64,000 nt of DNA from Eledone cirrhosa. Its lineage: Eukaryota. The translations under genes were made by a program, and so were the position numbers. Position 1 is the first letter of the stretch. Every line of letters starts with the position of its first letter. Below are positions 41,640-56,100 of this stretch, piece by piece. Location of the stretch: the NCBI GenBank assembly GCA_964016885.1, contig OZ024743.1:117118001-117182000 (forward strand). Reading direction: 5' to 3'. The notes beneath the pieces are model-generated. The model saw only the letters and a list, made by a program, of their open reading frames with translations. It made no database searches and was not told where the DNA came from.

Positions 41640-42085
41640 AATATCAATACGATTTAATAGAGAATTGGTATGAGCATGTGCGTTGTAAAGTAATGCAGGG
41701 GGCTGAGAAAGCAACGATATTCTGGAATTATGATTTTCAAACTGACAGAGTAATTGAACCTTGCCGACAGGATATTGTCGTATTGAACAAGAAAGACAAA
41801 TACTGTCAGATCATAGACGTAGCCCTACCAAATGATATGAATATTGCGAATAAAGAGTTTGAAAAAGTCATCAACTATTCCGAATTGAAATAGTACATGA
41901 CATGACAGTTTGGAATGCGAGTGGGTAATGTGAAAGTGAGATCAGTTGTGACCGGGACTTTCGGGTGAATCCCATTGAAACACCAAACTTCTTAAAGTGG
42001 TTGGGAATACCACTCAAGATTGGTGTCAGACAAAGACGAACCTTTCTAGGCACTGATCACATTTTTAGAAGTATTATCTGTCGAA
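41640..42085 (+). mobile_element. Decayed R4/Dong RLE 3' fragment
   Basis: NWYEH..IFWNYDFQTDRVIEPCRQDIVVLNKKDKYCQIIDVALPND..EKVINY. Confidence 0.7.
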
Positions 42086-42159
42086 GATCCTTGTTGTGAT
42101 TTGACAGATGACTAAATACCCCGGTGTATTCTACATCTACATTACGCGGCAAATTAATA

Positions 42160-42570
42160 ATTATTGTTTCTACTTTTGGCACAAGGCCATCAATTATTCC
42201 AGTGTATTACTGGTACTTTATTTTATCGACCCCGTAAGGATGAAAGGTAAAGGTAACCTCGGCGGGATTTGAACTCAGATCATAAAGAGCCGTAACTCTT
42301 TGCTGAAAAGCATGGCGGTAAATTAATAATAATGGTTTCTTATAGGTTTTAATGGTTTCTTATGTGTCTCTCTTTTAGGCACAAGGCCAACAATTTTTTT
42401 TGGGGGGAAAGTCGATTAAATCAACCCCAGTGCATTATTGATACTTTATTATATCAACCCCGTAAGGATGAAAGGCAATGCTAACCTCGGCGGAATTTGA
42501 AATAAGAACGTAAAGAGCCGTAACTCTATGTCGCAAAGCATGTCGTCCGACCCTCTACCGATACTGCCAT
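42160..42570 (-). mobile_element. Two tandem SINE copies (short and long subtypes)
   Basis: 42160-42320 and ~42365-42570 both match the SINE family on the minus strand. Confidence 0.8.
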
Positions 42571-44499
42571 TATATCAATTTTCCACCTTGTTGGAATATG
42601 TATTTCAACAACCATAAAAACCATTACGTAATGAAGAAAATATTGTTGTCGATATGTGAACGACTTAAAATACTCGGTATCACTCTGTATATCACTGCCA
42701 TGAATAAATTAACTTGGTACTTATTAATATTTTATATAATTATTCTGAAAATTAAATTTGTTTTGAAGGACATTCTATATTCAAACGAAAACTAGTAAAC
42801 ATGTTGTTACTGTCAATCGAAACATTCTCAACAACATTGGTTCACAAAATCTCCATTCTTTTCCTTTCAAATGAGGACTACTTTAATTCAAATGTTTGAG
42901 AACTTATTTTCGGTTGTTTTACTTCAGTTTAGCCATGGATGAGCAACTTTGTAATTAAAGATGTTCCATTTGTGACCATGACATTTTTATTTCGAATTTA
43001 TTTTGGACAAAAATTGCCTCAATATCATTCCATTTCTAGAGGTATGATCTGATTTTAGGGAAATGTGGTGCTATTTCTAGGTAAGCTCGAAATATCAATT
43101 CTCATCAGGTCACATCACTTTGGTAATTCTTTTGGTATTTTATCTTTGGAGCCCCAGTCCTATTATGTAACAATTTCCGGTAACATGAGTTAGGGTTTGG
43201 AGTTAGAATGTACGGAGCTAGAACAGATACAGCAAGGTATCTCGTACGATACCACAGCAATTCTGCCAAAGGGTATTTTAGATAATGACCTTGAACGGAT
43301 AAAAAGTAAAACCTACATCTTAGAATTTGAGAACATAGCCAGAATAATTATAATACAAGCAGTTATACAACGGCTCTAATGACTCTGCCAATTCCCCGGG
43401 TTAATTTTTTAATTTCCTTAAATGATAAATAATCTTTATGGTTATGAACATTTTATTCCAATTTCCTCTTTCGATTTCTTTCTGTTGCGATAGAAATATA
43501 TGTGTTTTGAATGAAATATAATTTGCATTTGTATTTCTTTTGAAATATAGACTCAGCCCACCGGAAGTTTGTATTTCTTTTGAAATGCAGACTCAGCCCA
43601 CCGAAAGTTTATTTTAAATTCTACAGCATGTGTAACATCGTCTATGAGTGCGAAATGTAATCCTCCCTAGAGACAACTTAGAATAGTTACTGAAATAACC
43701 ACCAGACACACGAGCCCACACTTGAACCTTTACATGATAACTCAGCATGATAAAAATGGCCCAAAAAATATCGCTGAAATTATACTCTACTGTCTTAAAT
43801 AAAATGTAAATTTGACGAAGCAGTCTATTTATATTACAAAAGTAACAATAGTCATAGCTGTAAAAACTTGTGTCGTGGGCCATAGCTGGCAAGACTTGCG
43901 GCAGCTACACATATAAATTCAATCAAGGAGGATGTGTGTGTTACAAAATAACAAAATCTCATTTAAACCCAAATTTGGAAATGCAAATTCGGATATACAA
44001 TTACTGAAAGTACACATAGAATGACCATAGCTTAACAAGGCTGGCCAGGATTCAAGAACAACTCCAACAATAACAACAACAACGCACAAGCACACATGCA
44101 TACACAAACATACATACAGACAAATATGTCAATTATATACAACACAAAGATTTAACTTAAACAATGTGAAATTACATCCATAGGGAATATTGATCTGGTA
44201 TAAATTAGAAAACAATACTTCTAACGTTGAGTAAATTCACCCATTTCAAACAGCAATGGGCGATTCTCATTAACTCCTCACGGGAAACACAGACAACAGT
44301 CACATTTGGAGCATTAAATGAAGGGGAGGTGAATATTATATTTAAAATCACTGAGAAAGATATTCTCGACAAATGATTCGCACCCAGCAACTTCTTAAAT
44401 TCATATCTCTACCTGTAATCATTGGATGTGGCTACTAAATGACTAAGCAATGATCTATATAAGTTTGGGTTTCCGTACAAAGGAAAGGACCAAAGGAGT

Positions 44500-45620
44500 G
44501 GTGGTAATCTGTAGATTTGATCTGTAAATGTCATTTGATGTCTAAACACCATAAAGAGAACTTAGTTGTTGATTTTTCTCGAAGTTGCTGGAAATCACAA
44601 TATCAATAGGAATATGGGCAGATTATATTTCCTAAGCAGGAGGAGGTGGCTTTGGCCTTCAACCTATCCTAAAATAATTCCATAAATCGAGAACCGGCTT
44701 GTAATACTGAATCAAAATCTCCAGTAGAGAATGGTCAGCAAATATCTCGACCAAGTTTGCGAACACGAACATCTAAGCAATTCTAGTTTATCCAGTGTTT
44801 TTGAAGAGCGACAAGAAATAAGAACTGACAAATCTCTCTCCGAGTGACACTGGAAATTCCTACTCAACTCTACAACAAAAACATTGTATATAAAACGAAC
44901 TCTCAGAGAATACAGGAATACAAATTATTAAAAGCATGGCCTGGGGTACCAACTCGTTTATATTACCTTGAACGTTTTCTCAATGCAATCCAAGTTCAAT
45001 ATATCCCCAGTTTTCTATATTAGACCAATAACCGGGATATTTGATTTCACTATGAGTGGTATATGTTTGACATCCTGAAAATAAAATAGCAATAAATTAA
45101 ACAATGCACAAAAGGGATATGAATTCAAGTAAAAACTTAGATATAACAATCAACACAGAATCTAGGGTTTCAACGCAAAGGTGTAACATCATGCGCAGTA
45201 CTCTCAAAATAGCACCACAATATTGTTTGCCTCAGAGGCGCGATGACATAGCCAAACCGTTATACAATGAAATCTGTAGAAAGCATACTCCTAAAGTTAA
45301 AAATATACGTTATTGTGATGCGCAGGGTATATTCATTCATAATGCGAACAAAATACTGGTCGAATATTGCTGTCAAACCGAGAAAAATATATGCTCTGGG
45401 CAAGGGAAATCATTTGCCCAACAAACATTAATATAACATTAAAAATAAGAGAAAAATGAAACATATATGTCTTACTGTCGAGGTATATGTAGATATTACA
45501 TTTAGGCTAATACTTTAAAATTATTCCTGCAATTATTAGAGCTAGAGCACTTTGTAATGTAACTGACTTCAGAAGCAACAAAAAAGAATCTAATTCAAAG
45601 ATTATAATGATAAGCCACTA
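44500..45620 (+). mobile_element. Highly decayed R4/Dong-like LINE
   Basis: Remnants RLYFL..GGGFGL, FLNAIQ, KIAPQYCLPQRRDDIAK and IIPAIIRA resemble the post-RT, CCHC and RLE regions. Confidence 0.4.
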
Positions 45621-46809
45621 CGGGTGTTCTGCATATAGCACGTACTTATATTTACGCATAATCATATAAACATACGTATATGTCATCATGCATAACTCAA
45701 AATATTCATATACATATATACAATGGCAAGCATGCACGAATACATATATATTTCAATGGAAAATGCTTTCATCTTGTCTGGAAACTGGCTCTTTCTGTAA
45801 GAGGGAGAAATTTTACATATAAAACTAAAATACATAAACATCCAAAATATTTAGCTTTATTAACGTTATCAATTGAAATAACAAATTTCAGCTATGATCA
45901 TATATTTACAACGTTTCAAAATGTCTTACATATCAGTATTGTAGGTATATATTTGTCGAGGAATTTCAATGTGTAAGACAATAAGATATCAGCCACTCTG
46001 TCGAATGCATGATGTCGTAAGTAGTTTTTATTAATCGATTAACTGAATCTCGTTCTTTCATTTCAACATCGCAACATATTAATTCAATCCCAAATCTCAA
46101 AAATGTATTGCTGTTTTTCATGAGAGTGGTGCTGTTGTGCAGTACCGATTAATCATTCATTAACAGACTTATGTTAAAAAAATGCCTTATGCAGGCAGCA
46201 CATCTAATATAACTCACAACGTTCGGAATATTGAATATCATAGACTAAAATACGACTAGCTCTTATTACCTATAGAACACTGTAAATTATACAACACCCG
46301 ACGAACAAATATGCCGAGAAGGGCTTTAGATAAATATTCGGCCTGCTAAAATAGCAGGAATATTTACATGAACTCACCCTCTTTAATTTTCAAAATTGAA
46401 AAAATTAATCCTAGAATCAATATATATGAAAGAAATAAGGCTAATGATAGCTGCTGTTCTTTTGAAACTGTATAAATTCAGCTTGATCAAGTTGGCCTGA
46501 GGCTAAACCACAAATACACCACCATTGCCAATAACAACAACAAACTTCTGGATCGAACAATCAATCAAGCGCTAGGCTTTCACTTTTCACTGAAAATAAA
46601 TATATCAATAGTAACAGGTTTGTTGAATGTGGAGGCAATCAGGCCATGAATTGCTTCAATAAATTCTCTGCTTAACTTGGTTTATGTTGGCCACATATCC
46701 ATATTCAAAGTCATAAAGAATTTCCAATCTCTGTTTCTTCTTCACTCTCCTTTCTGCATTCTTGTCTTACTTTCTTTCTTTTTCTGATACTCACGCACAC
46801 ACGCACACA

Positions 46810-46911
<102 letters not shown>

Positions 46912-47099
46912 CGTAGCTGACCTCTCGGACTTTTACAAAGGGCCAAGTCGATGAAGTTAATTTAAAGAATAATGTGTTTATGCGCGGACAATCTATAAAA
47001 TAGCTTATAAAATAGAGTGAAGACCCCTTAAAGATAGGAATAGAAGTCTTGAAAGGGTCATCACTTCAGTTTATAAGCTACTGTATAGCATCTGAGCAC

Positions 47100-47895
47100 A
47101 TGTGGCAGTATTGGTAGAGGGCCGGACGCCATGCTTTGAAGTATAGATTTACGGCTCTTGCCATTCTGAGTTCAAATACCGCCAAGGTTAACTTTGCCTT
47201 TCATCCTTACGGGGTCGATAAAATAAAGTACCAGTAATGCACTGGTTATTTGCTGGCGTTGTTCCTAACGTAGAAACAATTATTTATATATATATAAATG
47301 ATATTTATACATGAAAGGCTATGTAAATATGTAAGAGTGTGTAAGGATATATGTATATGTGCATATATATATATGTACATATGCAAATATATGTTTCTAA
47401 GTGTTTGTGGCGAATATTGTTTATAAATACACATTATACTTATACCTATTTACCTTGGCAGTATCGGTAGAGGGTTGGACACCATGTTTGCAGCAAAGAG
47501 TTACGGCCCTTTTTGATCTGAGTTCAAATCCCGCCGAGGTTAACTTTGCCTTTCATCCTTACAAGGTGGATCAAATAAAGTACCAGTAATACTCTGGGAT
47601 AATTGTTGGCCTTGTGCCAAAAGTAGAAACAATTATATATATATAAATATAAATAAATATATATAAATATCTATATATACACAAACACACATATATATAT
47701 ATATATAATTGTTTCTACTTTTGGCACACGGCCAGCAATTAGCCAGTACATTACTGGTACTTTATGTTATCGACCCCGTAAGGCTGAAAGGCAAAGTTAA
47801 CCTCGGTGAAATTTGAACTCAAATCATAAAGTGACGTAACTCTATGCTTCAAAGCAGCATGGTATCTGACCCTCTACCGATACAGCCAATCCACC
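47100..47895. mobile_element. Three SINE copies (+ 47100-47285, + 47455-47635, - 47707-47895)
   Basis: Each has an A box tggc(a/t)gtat(c/t)ggt, B box gagttcaaat and gtcgata/gtggatc..aaagtaccag body. Confidence 0.85.
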
Positions 47896-48017
47896 GAATG
47901 TGTGTAAATATGTATAAGTATGTGTATTTATAAATAATATTCACTACAGACACTTAGACACATATATGTGCATATATACATATAAATACATACATGTATA
48001 CTTACACAGACATATAG

Positions 48018-48081
<64 letters not shown>

Positions 48082-48585
48082 AGATACATGCACACACATA
48101 CGCACAAACACACACACACACACACATATATATATAAATATACGTTTCAGAAAATATGCATATGTGATCGCGGTTCTGTGACAATTTTGTAATTACAAAC
48201 AGCTGTTGTTTATTTGTTTGTCGTCTACCCCCACCTCCTTCTTGCCCTGCTCACACAGCTCTCTAACTTGCCCCAACCCTCTTGGTCACCCTCCTCAACT
48301 CTTCAGCACAGGTCACCCCTCTCGCTACCCATCGCCACCCGTCTATTCAGCTTCCTCTCAAGGTGTGTCATTTTAGTCTTGTTCTATCACCTTTCTCCAC
48401 CCTCCAATAAGAAGTTAGCGATCCTCGAACACTATTACGCCTATCATTTCTTTCCCGTTCGTTCAACACACTATACGCATGTATGCACACTGCAAAGAGA
48501 ACACTGTTATACGTACAGACAACACAAAAACACTCATGGACACATATATACACACACATACATTCACACACACATATATATATAT

Positions 48586-48675
<90 letters not shown>

Positions 48676-48745
48676 TATATATATATATATATACACACAC
48701 GGACACACATATGTGTATATATATATATATATTTGTATGTATATA

Positions 48746-48777
<32 letters not shown>

Positions 48778-50079
48778 AAAATATATATATGTTTGTATAT
48801 ATATATGTTTGTATATATGCATAAAAATATATATATGTTTGTATATATGCATGTACGAATGTATATACATGTGTGTGTGTGTGTGTTTGTGTGTGTTTGT
48901 GTGTGTGTGCGTGCGTGTGTCTGTATGTATGTGTGTTTGTGTGAGTGTTAGTCGATGTGTGAGTGCGAGTATGTATGTATATATATCATAAATACTTATT
49001 TATCTCACGAGTTACGGGTTAGGAAGTCAATTATTTCACCTTTTTAATCAGAGATATTCATCAGTGAGTGATCACCTTTATTGATAAAAGATTTGGAATA
49101 TGCATGGCTTCTCAATATTATTCTTTTTACAAAGTTGTTCAGTGAATTATATTCGAGAAATACGCAGGGTTTTGACTGCATTGTGATTTGCTGATGCCTA
49201 TTGTACATTTCGGAATAATAGGAACTTGACTTTTGTTTACAGTAATGCTTCACAACTCCAATAGAATTGGAGTCATAAATCATTTGCGTGACACAAAATG
49301 AAAATACTACCGTATTTATAATAATAGTGATAGCATATTATTCGTTTAATTTTAGATTATTATATAAAAATATTAAAAATAATCTTTGGAATTATAGATC
49401 ATAGAATATATTTTAACGATTTAGTGAAAGTGGTGGTATTATCTATACAGTTCTATACATAGTCAATATAAAAAGCAGGCGAGAGTAAATTATAAGACGT
49501 TTGCAGAAGTAGAAAGAAATGATTATGTAAGTGGTTAGTGTATATCTTTGGTGTGGGACTATGATTAAGACATGAGAAGAAATAAAGATGATGCATGCGA
49601 TTGAGCCTAATGGTGCTTGTCTGTATTCAACTACAGTTTCGTGAGTGTTCTGAACGAAATGGAAGAAGTAGAAGCTGTATGATAATTATTTCTAACATAG
49701 GCTGAAGAGAACAGAAATTCCTTTTGAAAGAGTACTTGGCTGATACTTTATTTTTAACCGAAATTTTAGGAAGTATATTTTCTCTCCATAAATTGGAACG
49801 CAGCGAATAAATGACTCAATTTACTAAGTTGAATATACATTGTGGTATTCGTGTATAACTAGTTACCACTCGTAAGTAATTCAAATTTTCTTAATTCGAT
49901 ATTTCGTTGGTAAACACTCTAGACGTATTTTAACGGTATAACCATGACAAGCGCTTTCTGCTAAAAAAATGTACCCGCTTACATTTTCGACGTAGGTGTA
50001 GAAATATCTCGATGTCCTGGAAGATTACTGCAGGGTAAATGTCCTCATGTTTTGTTTATATGAGAATATTCAAATTCAC

Positions 50080-50698
50080 AAACATTTTAATCGGCACATT
50101 ATTATCTGGGAGGTTTGCAAAATATGTTGCTTTATCTATTGATAACTGATAATATATCAAGTATCAGTCTGGTAGAGATATCTTTCCGTCTGCTACTTTT
50201 CAATTATCATTAATGAGTACAGGTCATGTTAATGGGAAAATGATAAGGAAATAGAGAGAAGAAACAAAAAGAGCGTGAAAGGGAAATATAAAGAGGTGAA
50301 GGGTTGTTAAATGAAACTTTTGAAATGGAAATCTTCACCAATTTGAACTTATATAAAGTATCACATTTTGAATTCACACTGAGTTTAGTATCAACGCCAC
50401 ACACACAGACAGACAAACTACGCCAATCAGGGAATTAAGCTCCACATCATTGACTGGGAGGTATTGGCATAAGAAACCGAATCTGGCTGTTTTAAAACAT
50501 GCTAAGCATATAGCAAGAATGTGTTGTGAATATCGTTGCGCATCAAACTGGACTCAGTCCTCAGAACCTTTGTCGATATATAGTTAGTGTTTCTATATAT
50601 TTATGTATTCTAATTCAATTTAAATCTGGCGTCAGTAAAATTGAATTTACTCCAATAACTTTAAGTATATTTTAATAGTTCTAAATATACACACATAA

Positions 50699-50700
<2 letters not shown>
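50080..50700. repeat. Left arm of a diverged inverted duplication
   Basis: Reverse-complement similarity to 53695-54510, e.g. cagtctggtagagatatc/gatatctctgccagactg and tcaccaatttgaacttatat/atataagttcaaattggtga. Confidence 0.8.
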
Positions 50701-51344
<644 letters not shown>

Positions 51345-51419
51345 TGACTATAGCGATATAAAAGATACAAAAACTAAAACAACCCCAACCAAACTGTGAG
51401 TGTGTTCTATTATTATTTA

Positions 51420-52403
51420 AAGAATAAGTCCAGTCAACAGGATGACATTATCAAGCCATCATTTTGGCTGCTGTCTTCTGCTCCTCTTACCAGCAAACCT
51501 TGCTTCCAGACATAACCTACTCACACCACGAGTTGATCTTTTTATATGACTGTATAGTTTGAGTACTCTTGACTTCAAAATTGATGTAATTGGTCTAAAT
51601 CTGGTAATGTTGAGCAGCTCACTGTTACAGATACGGTCGCTGAGCCGCTTGCCAGTCATAAGTCTCATTGACTTCACAAAAGCCTTTGACAACGTGAAAC
51701 TACCCGGCTTGTGGCAGCTCTTAAAGAAGACCTCAATTAATAAAAATACATCAACCTACTGAAAAAACTTACACCATCTCAACAGCATATACCAAAACAG
51801 AATTGGGAATACACGGCGTACAGACATCTTGAAGGGAGTTAAGAAGGGGGATGTCCTATCAGCATTTCTTATCTGCATAGTTATAGCTGCACCTATCTAC
51901 CTATCTGAAGAAGAATGCTCATCTGGCTATCAACTAGGAGGTAACATCCTATCAAATCTTAGCTATGCAGACGATCTGACCATGATGTGTCACTCTAGAA
52001 CTGATTTGCAAGAGTTTCTGAATGTACTGGCCAAACATTCGTTAGGAGCTGGCTTGCGCATCAACACCTCCAAAATAAAGTATATGACAACTGATAAAAA
52101 CAATGCTAATCTCCAACTCACAATCTACAACCAGCAAATTACTCAAGTTACGGAGTTTCTATATCTCGATCACAAATTGTAATCAAACAACAATGGAATG
52201 GTTGCTGCGCAGTATCGCATCGCACTAGGTTGGGCAGCTTTCAACAAGAAGAAGGAAGTACTAACATCAAAACGAGTTTCCTATCATTTGAATGCTAAGA
52301 TCTTCGATACATACATCCTACCAGTTGTGTTATATGGTCTTGACTGTGTTAATTGGACCACAAGGTCACTTCAGAAGGTCTCTACATTCCAGAAATACAT
52401 CAT
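51420..52403. mobile_element. RTE-like LINE fragment with internal inversion
   Basis: Plus 51667-52403: IDFTKAFDNV, GVKKGDVLS, YADD, INTSKIKYM, LPVVLYG, FQKYI; minus 51667-51420: MRLMTGKRLSDRICN, GKRSRRQQPK*WLDNV. Confidence 0.8.
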
Positions 52404-52412
52404 TATATATAT

Positions 52413-52575
52413 TAGGGTCGGACGCCATGCTTTAACGTATAGAGTTACGGCCCTTGCCATTCGGAGTTCATATCCTGCCGAGGATAACTTTACCTTTCAT
52501 CCTTACGGGGTCGATAAAATAAAGTACCATTAATGCACTGGGCAATTGCTGGCCTTGTGCCAAACGTAGAAACAG
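52413..52575 (+). mobile_element. SINE
   Basis: agggtcggacgccatgc...gagttcatatcc...gtcgataaaataaagtacc...gccttgtgccaaacgtagaaac. Confidence 0.85.
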
Positions 52576-52588
52576 TTATATATCTATA

Positions 52589-52638
<50 letters not shown>

Positions 52639-52734
52639 TATGTATATATAAATATATATATAAATATATATATATATGAATATATATATAAATATATATA
52701 TATATATATGAAATATATAAAAATATATATATAA

Positions 52735-52769
<35 letters not shown>

Positions 52770-53290
52770 GGAGCACGGATAAATGAACACTGGCGAGAGC
52801 TTCAAGATAGTAAAGAATCATCTCTACTCCACCAACATGCTAAAATAGAACATAAGGTTAAATTAGAGAACATAGAAATAAAAATAGAATCTACACACAG
52901 AAAAGACGCAATGTTTAGACAAATCACAGAAGCAATAAACATAAATGAACTCCAACCAAAATTAAATAGAAAACATGAATAGAATAGCAACATCACAACT
53001 TACAATTAAGGACAAAATGAAAACACACACGCACATAGAACAAACAACCAACCAGTAACATGTAAATAAACAAATAAATAAACAAATATAAACGCACACA
53101 GACACCCGGATGTAACAAATGCGCAAACTAAGCACGCAACAAAGATAAAAACAAGATGGCGTAGGACAGAACAAAGGAGAGGCACAAAAACAAAGAAAAG
53201 AATCCCCAGTCACTGAGGAGGTCACATAATGTGTGACGAAAGAACTTTGACAATATATGAACAATCGTCTGGTTGTGGAACCAACCAACC
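52770..53290 (+). mobile_element. Penelope-like element 3' end (GIY-YIG C-terminus + pLTR with hammerhead)
   Basis: [39 protein letters not shown]; CTGAGGA...GAAA core downstream. Confidence 0.7.
53209..53251 (+). ncRNA. Minimal hammerhead ribozyme in a PLE terminal repeat
   Basis: gtca CTGAGGA g gtcaca-taatg-tgtgac GAAA gaac TT tgac; one extra nucleotide before stem II; stem III minimal. Confidence 0.6.
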
Positions 53291-53400
53291 AACGGGAAAT
53301 TTATAAATTCTTAAATTTATAAATTTAATTTATAATAAATTGAAGTGAAAGTAACTGGTGCGTGTGTTTCTTATTGGCAACATGACCCTCCCAAAGCATA

Positions 53401-53441
<41 letters not shown>

Positions 53442-53612
53442 GACTACTGCATTTTTCGTTAGTTCTAGCCAGACGCTTGTTTCACAGGTGAGTTCGATGT
53501 CAGCACAGTGATCTGAGACAGACACGTTCTTAACGATAAAGCCATGTTAGTGCAGCTATCACATACTTTTCGAGAGGGGTATATAGGATAAAGGCTCCCA
53601 GCACATGCGACA

Positions 53613-53694
<82 letters not shown>

Positions 53695-53701
<7 letters not shown>

Positions 53702-54195
53702 CTATTTAAGTATATGAAATATACTTAAACTTATCGATAGAAATTAAATTGCATTGGCGCCAGATTTAAATTGAAATATAAGACTCACATAGATAGAACC
53801 ATTAAATGCATATCAACGAAAGGTATGAGGTTGGTGTTCAGTTCCATGCGTAGCAATATTCACAATTCACATGTAGTGAATATTCTATCTACTATATATT
53901 TGGTACCTAGAATATATTTACTATCTTTTTAAACAGCCAGTTTTGGTTTCTTGTTTCAATACCTCCCAGTTAATATTCTAGAACTTAACACATTGATTGG
54001 CGCTGGGACTTGGGCCATACACTTGGCTCGTCTTTCTGTGTGTGTGGCATTGTTAATAAACTCAGTGTGAACATAACATGTGATACTTAATATAAGTTCA
54101 AATTGGTGAATATTTCCATTTCACAAGTTTCACTTCACACTTTTCCCCTCTTTATGTTTCCTCATTCACACACACATACACACACGCACACAATT

Positions 54196-54256
<61 letters not shown>

Positions 54257-54302
54257 TCTCTCTCTCTCCTCTCTCTCTCTATCTCTCTCTCTCTCACTCT
54301 CG

Positions 54303-54340
<38 letters not shown>

Positions 54341-54510
54341 TCTCCTTATGTCCTTATCCTGTTTCCTCTTAACCTGACATGCACCCATTAATGATAATTC
54401 AAAAGTTGCAGACGAAATGATATCTCTGCCAGACTGATTTTAGATATGTTATCACTTACTAATAAATGCAACATATTTAGCAATACCTACCAGACAATTT
54501 TGTGTCGATA
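53695..54510. repeat. Right arm of a diverged inverted duplication, interrupted by microsatellite
   Basis: Further shared blocks: aatacctcccag/ctgggaggtatt, cgccagatttaaattgaa/ttcaatttaaatctggcg, aaactcagtgtgaa/ttcacactgagttt. Confidence 0.8.
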
Positions 54511-56100
54511 TTTTATTTTTATTCATAATCGCTTACTCAGAAGTATAGCTTTGCACTTGATATTTTTTCAAGCTTCTGAGATGGGTGAAAAGTAGGAAGA
54601 ATTTATCTTCGGACTAGATAGTTGGCTCACATATTTGCAACATATTTACAACATTTAGCTTCCACTAAGGACACTTTCGAGCCAGGTAATATTATTAAAT
54701 CGAAAGACTTATTAAGTCTACTTTACTCCCGACAGTTTTCTGAACAGTTTCCATCTAACGAACTCCACCCAAACATGAATGGTAAACGACAAGATCTCAA
54801 GATCCTGCGCATTAGGATCAAACTACATATTTCAAAAGCGTTTTGCTTATCTACATATTGGTCTCCGCTGTATATTAATAAAATAATTAAAACAATCGAC
54901 AATATTATGAAGATACAGGCTGTGTGAGGTATTACAGAAAAGGAATATCTCAGTCTGCTCCCAAACGTCATTTAGGATTCGATGAAATTCTATGCTGCTT
55001 AGAGAATAATTTGCTTCCCCGTTTCGTTACCCATTCTTAATTATTTCTATTTCACTGACGTTACACATCTCTCAGGAAAATATACAATTCTACACCAGTA
55101 CCTAAGCTTTACACATTAACGGCAGAATTAGTGGCGGTATTTACTTACTTCGGTTTACGTTCTGAGTTCCATTCCTGCCTAGGTCGCCAGTGTTTTACAT
55201 GTTTGCGTTATATAAAATGAAGTACCAGTCAAGTAAAAGAATCAATTAAATGGACTATTTCTCTCCTCAATCAAATTAAAATATGTAGCCTTGTGTTGGC
55301 TGTTTATGATAATCTGACGACAACAATAGAAACACCGGTGTCAATATAAAAGAATCAGAGAACTACAGAATGGATATGAGCCTTTTATAGAAAATAAAAC
55401 ACTCCCAAAAGTTATAAAGAACCAGAATATCTGTGATTAAAGAAGAAAAATCTCAAAATCTTTGAACAAATTTAAAACATTAATTATCTAACTCTACATC
55501 TATGAGGAGACATTTAGACAGCTTATTTCCTCAATTAACTCAAATGCTTCCCACATGTCTATATATGTTACTTGGTGTTTCAGTCGGAGTAAAACAGCTA
55601 CAATTCCAATTTTTAGGGTGAATTATATATTTCTGTTATATGTACATTTCCCCATATGTAGAAAATAACTATAGATAGGAAGCATTTCATTAATTTTCTT
55701 TTTCATTTTAATAAGATATGAATACAGCAAAATTCAATGCCTATAAAAGTAACATTTCTACAAGAGCGAAAGTAAAGGTAAACATTCTAGAAAATGTCGA
55801 TAAAGGAAAATAAATGAAAATGACCCGCATTTGGAGACCTTGGAAACAAAAATGTACATTTCATAAATTTAGGAAAGGAAAATCTCCTATGTAGATGTGA
55901 TGGTATTAGGTATTTTCATTTATTCTCTTTCTCCTTATTTTTTACCATTCCGTTCGTTCTTGTAGAATGTTACTTAAAGGTGCATTTAATATTCATGTTC
56001 TCATAACTTACTACAATACTAAAATAACTTTTTTAAATCATCCCTATCAAGTTATTTTTTAAATTTGTTGAAACATACATAAAGCAAATAAAATGTTATA

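Noticed and set aside
43528-43610. Two-copy ~39-bp tandem duplication (similar small duplications at ~20663-20710 and ~21598-21670)
   Set aside because: Ordinary local slippage duplications with no further structure.
54622-54971. Short ORFs on both strands as a possible host exon
   Set aside because: No recognisable domain or convincing splice context.
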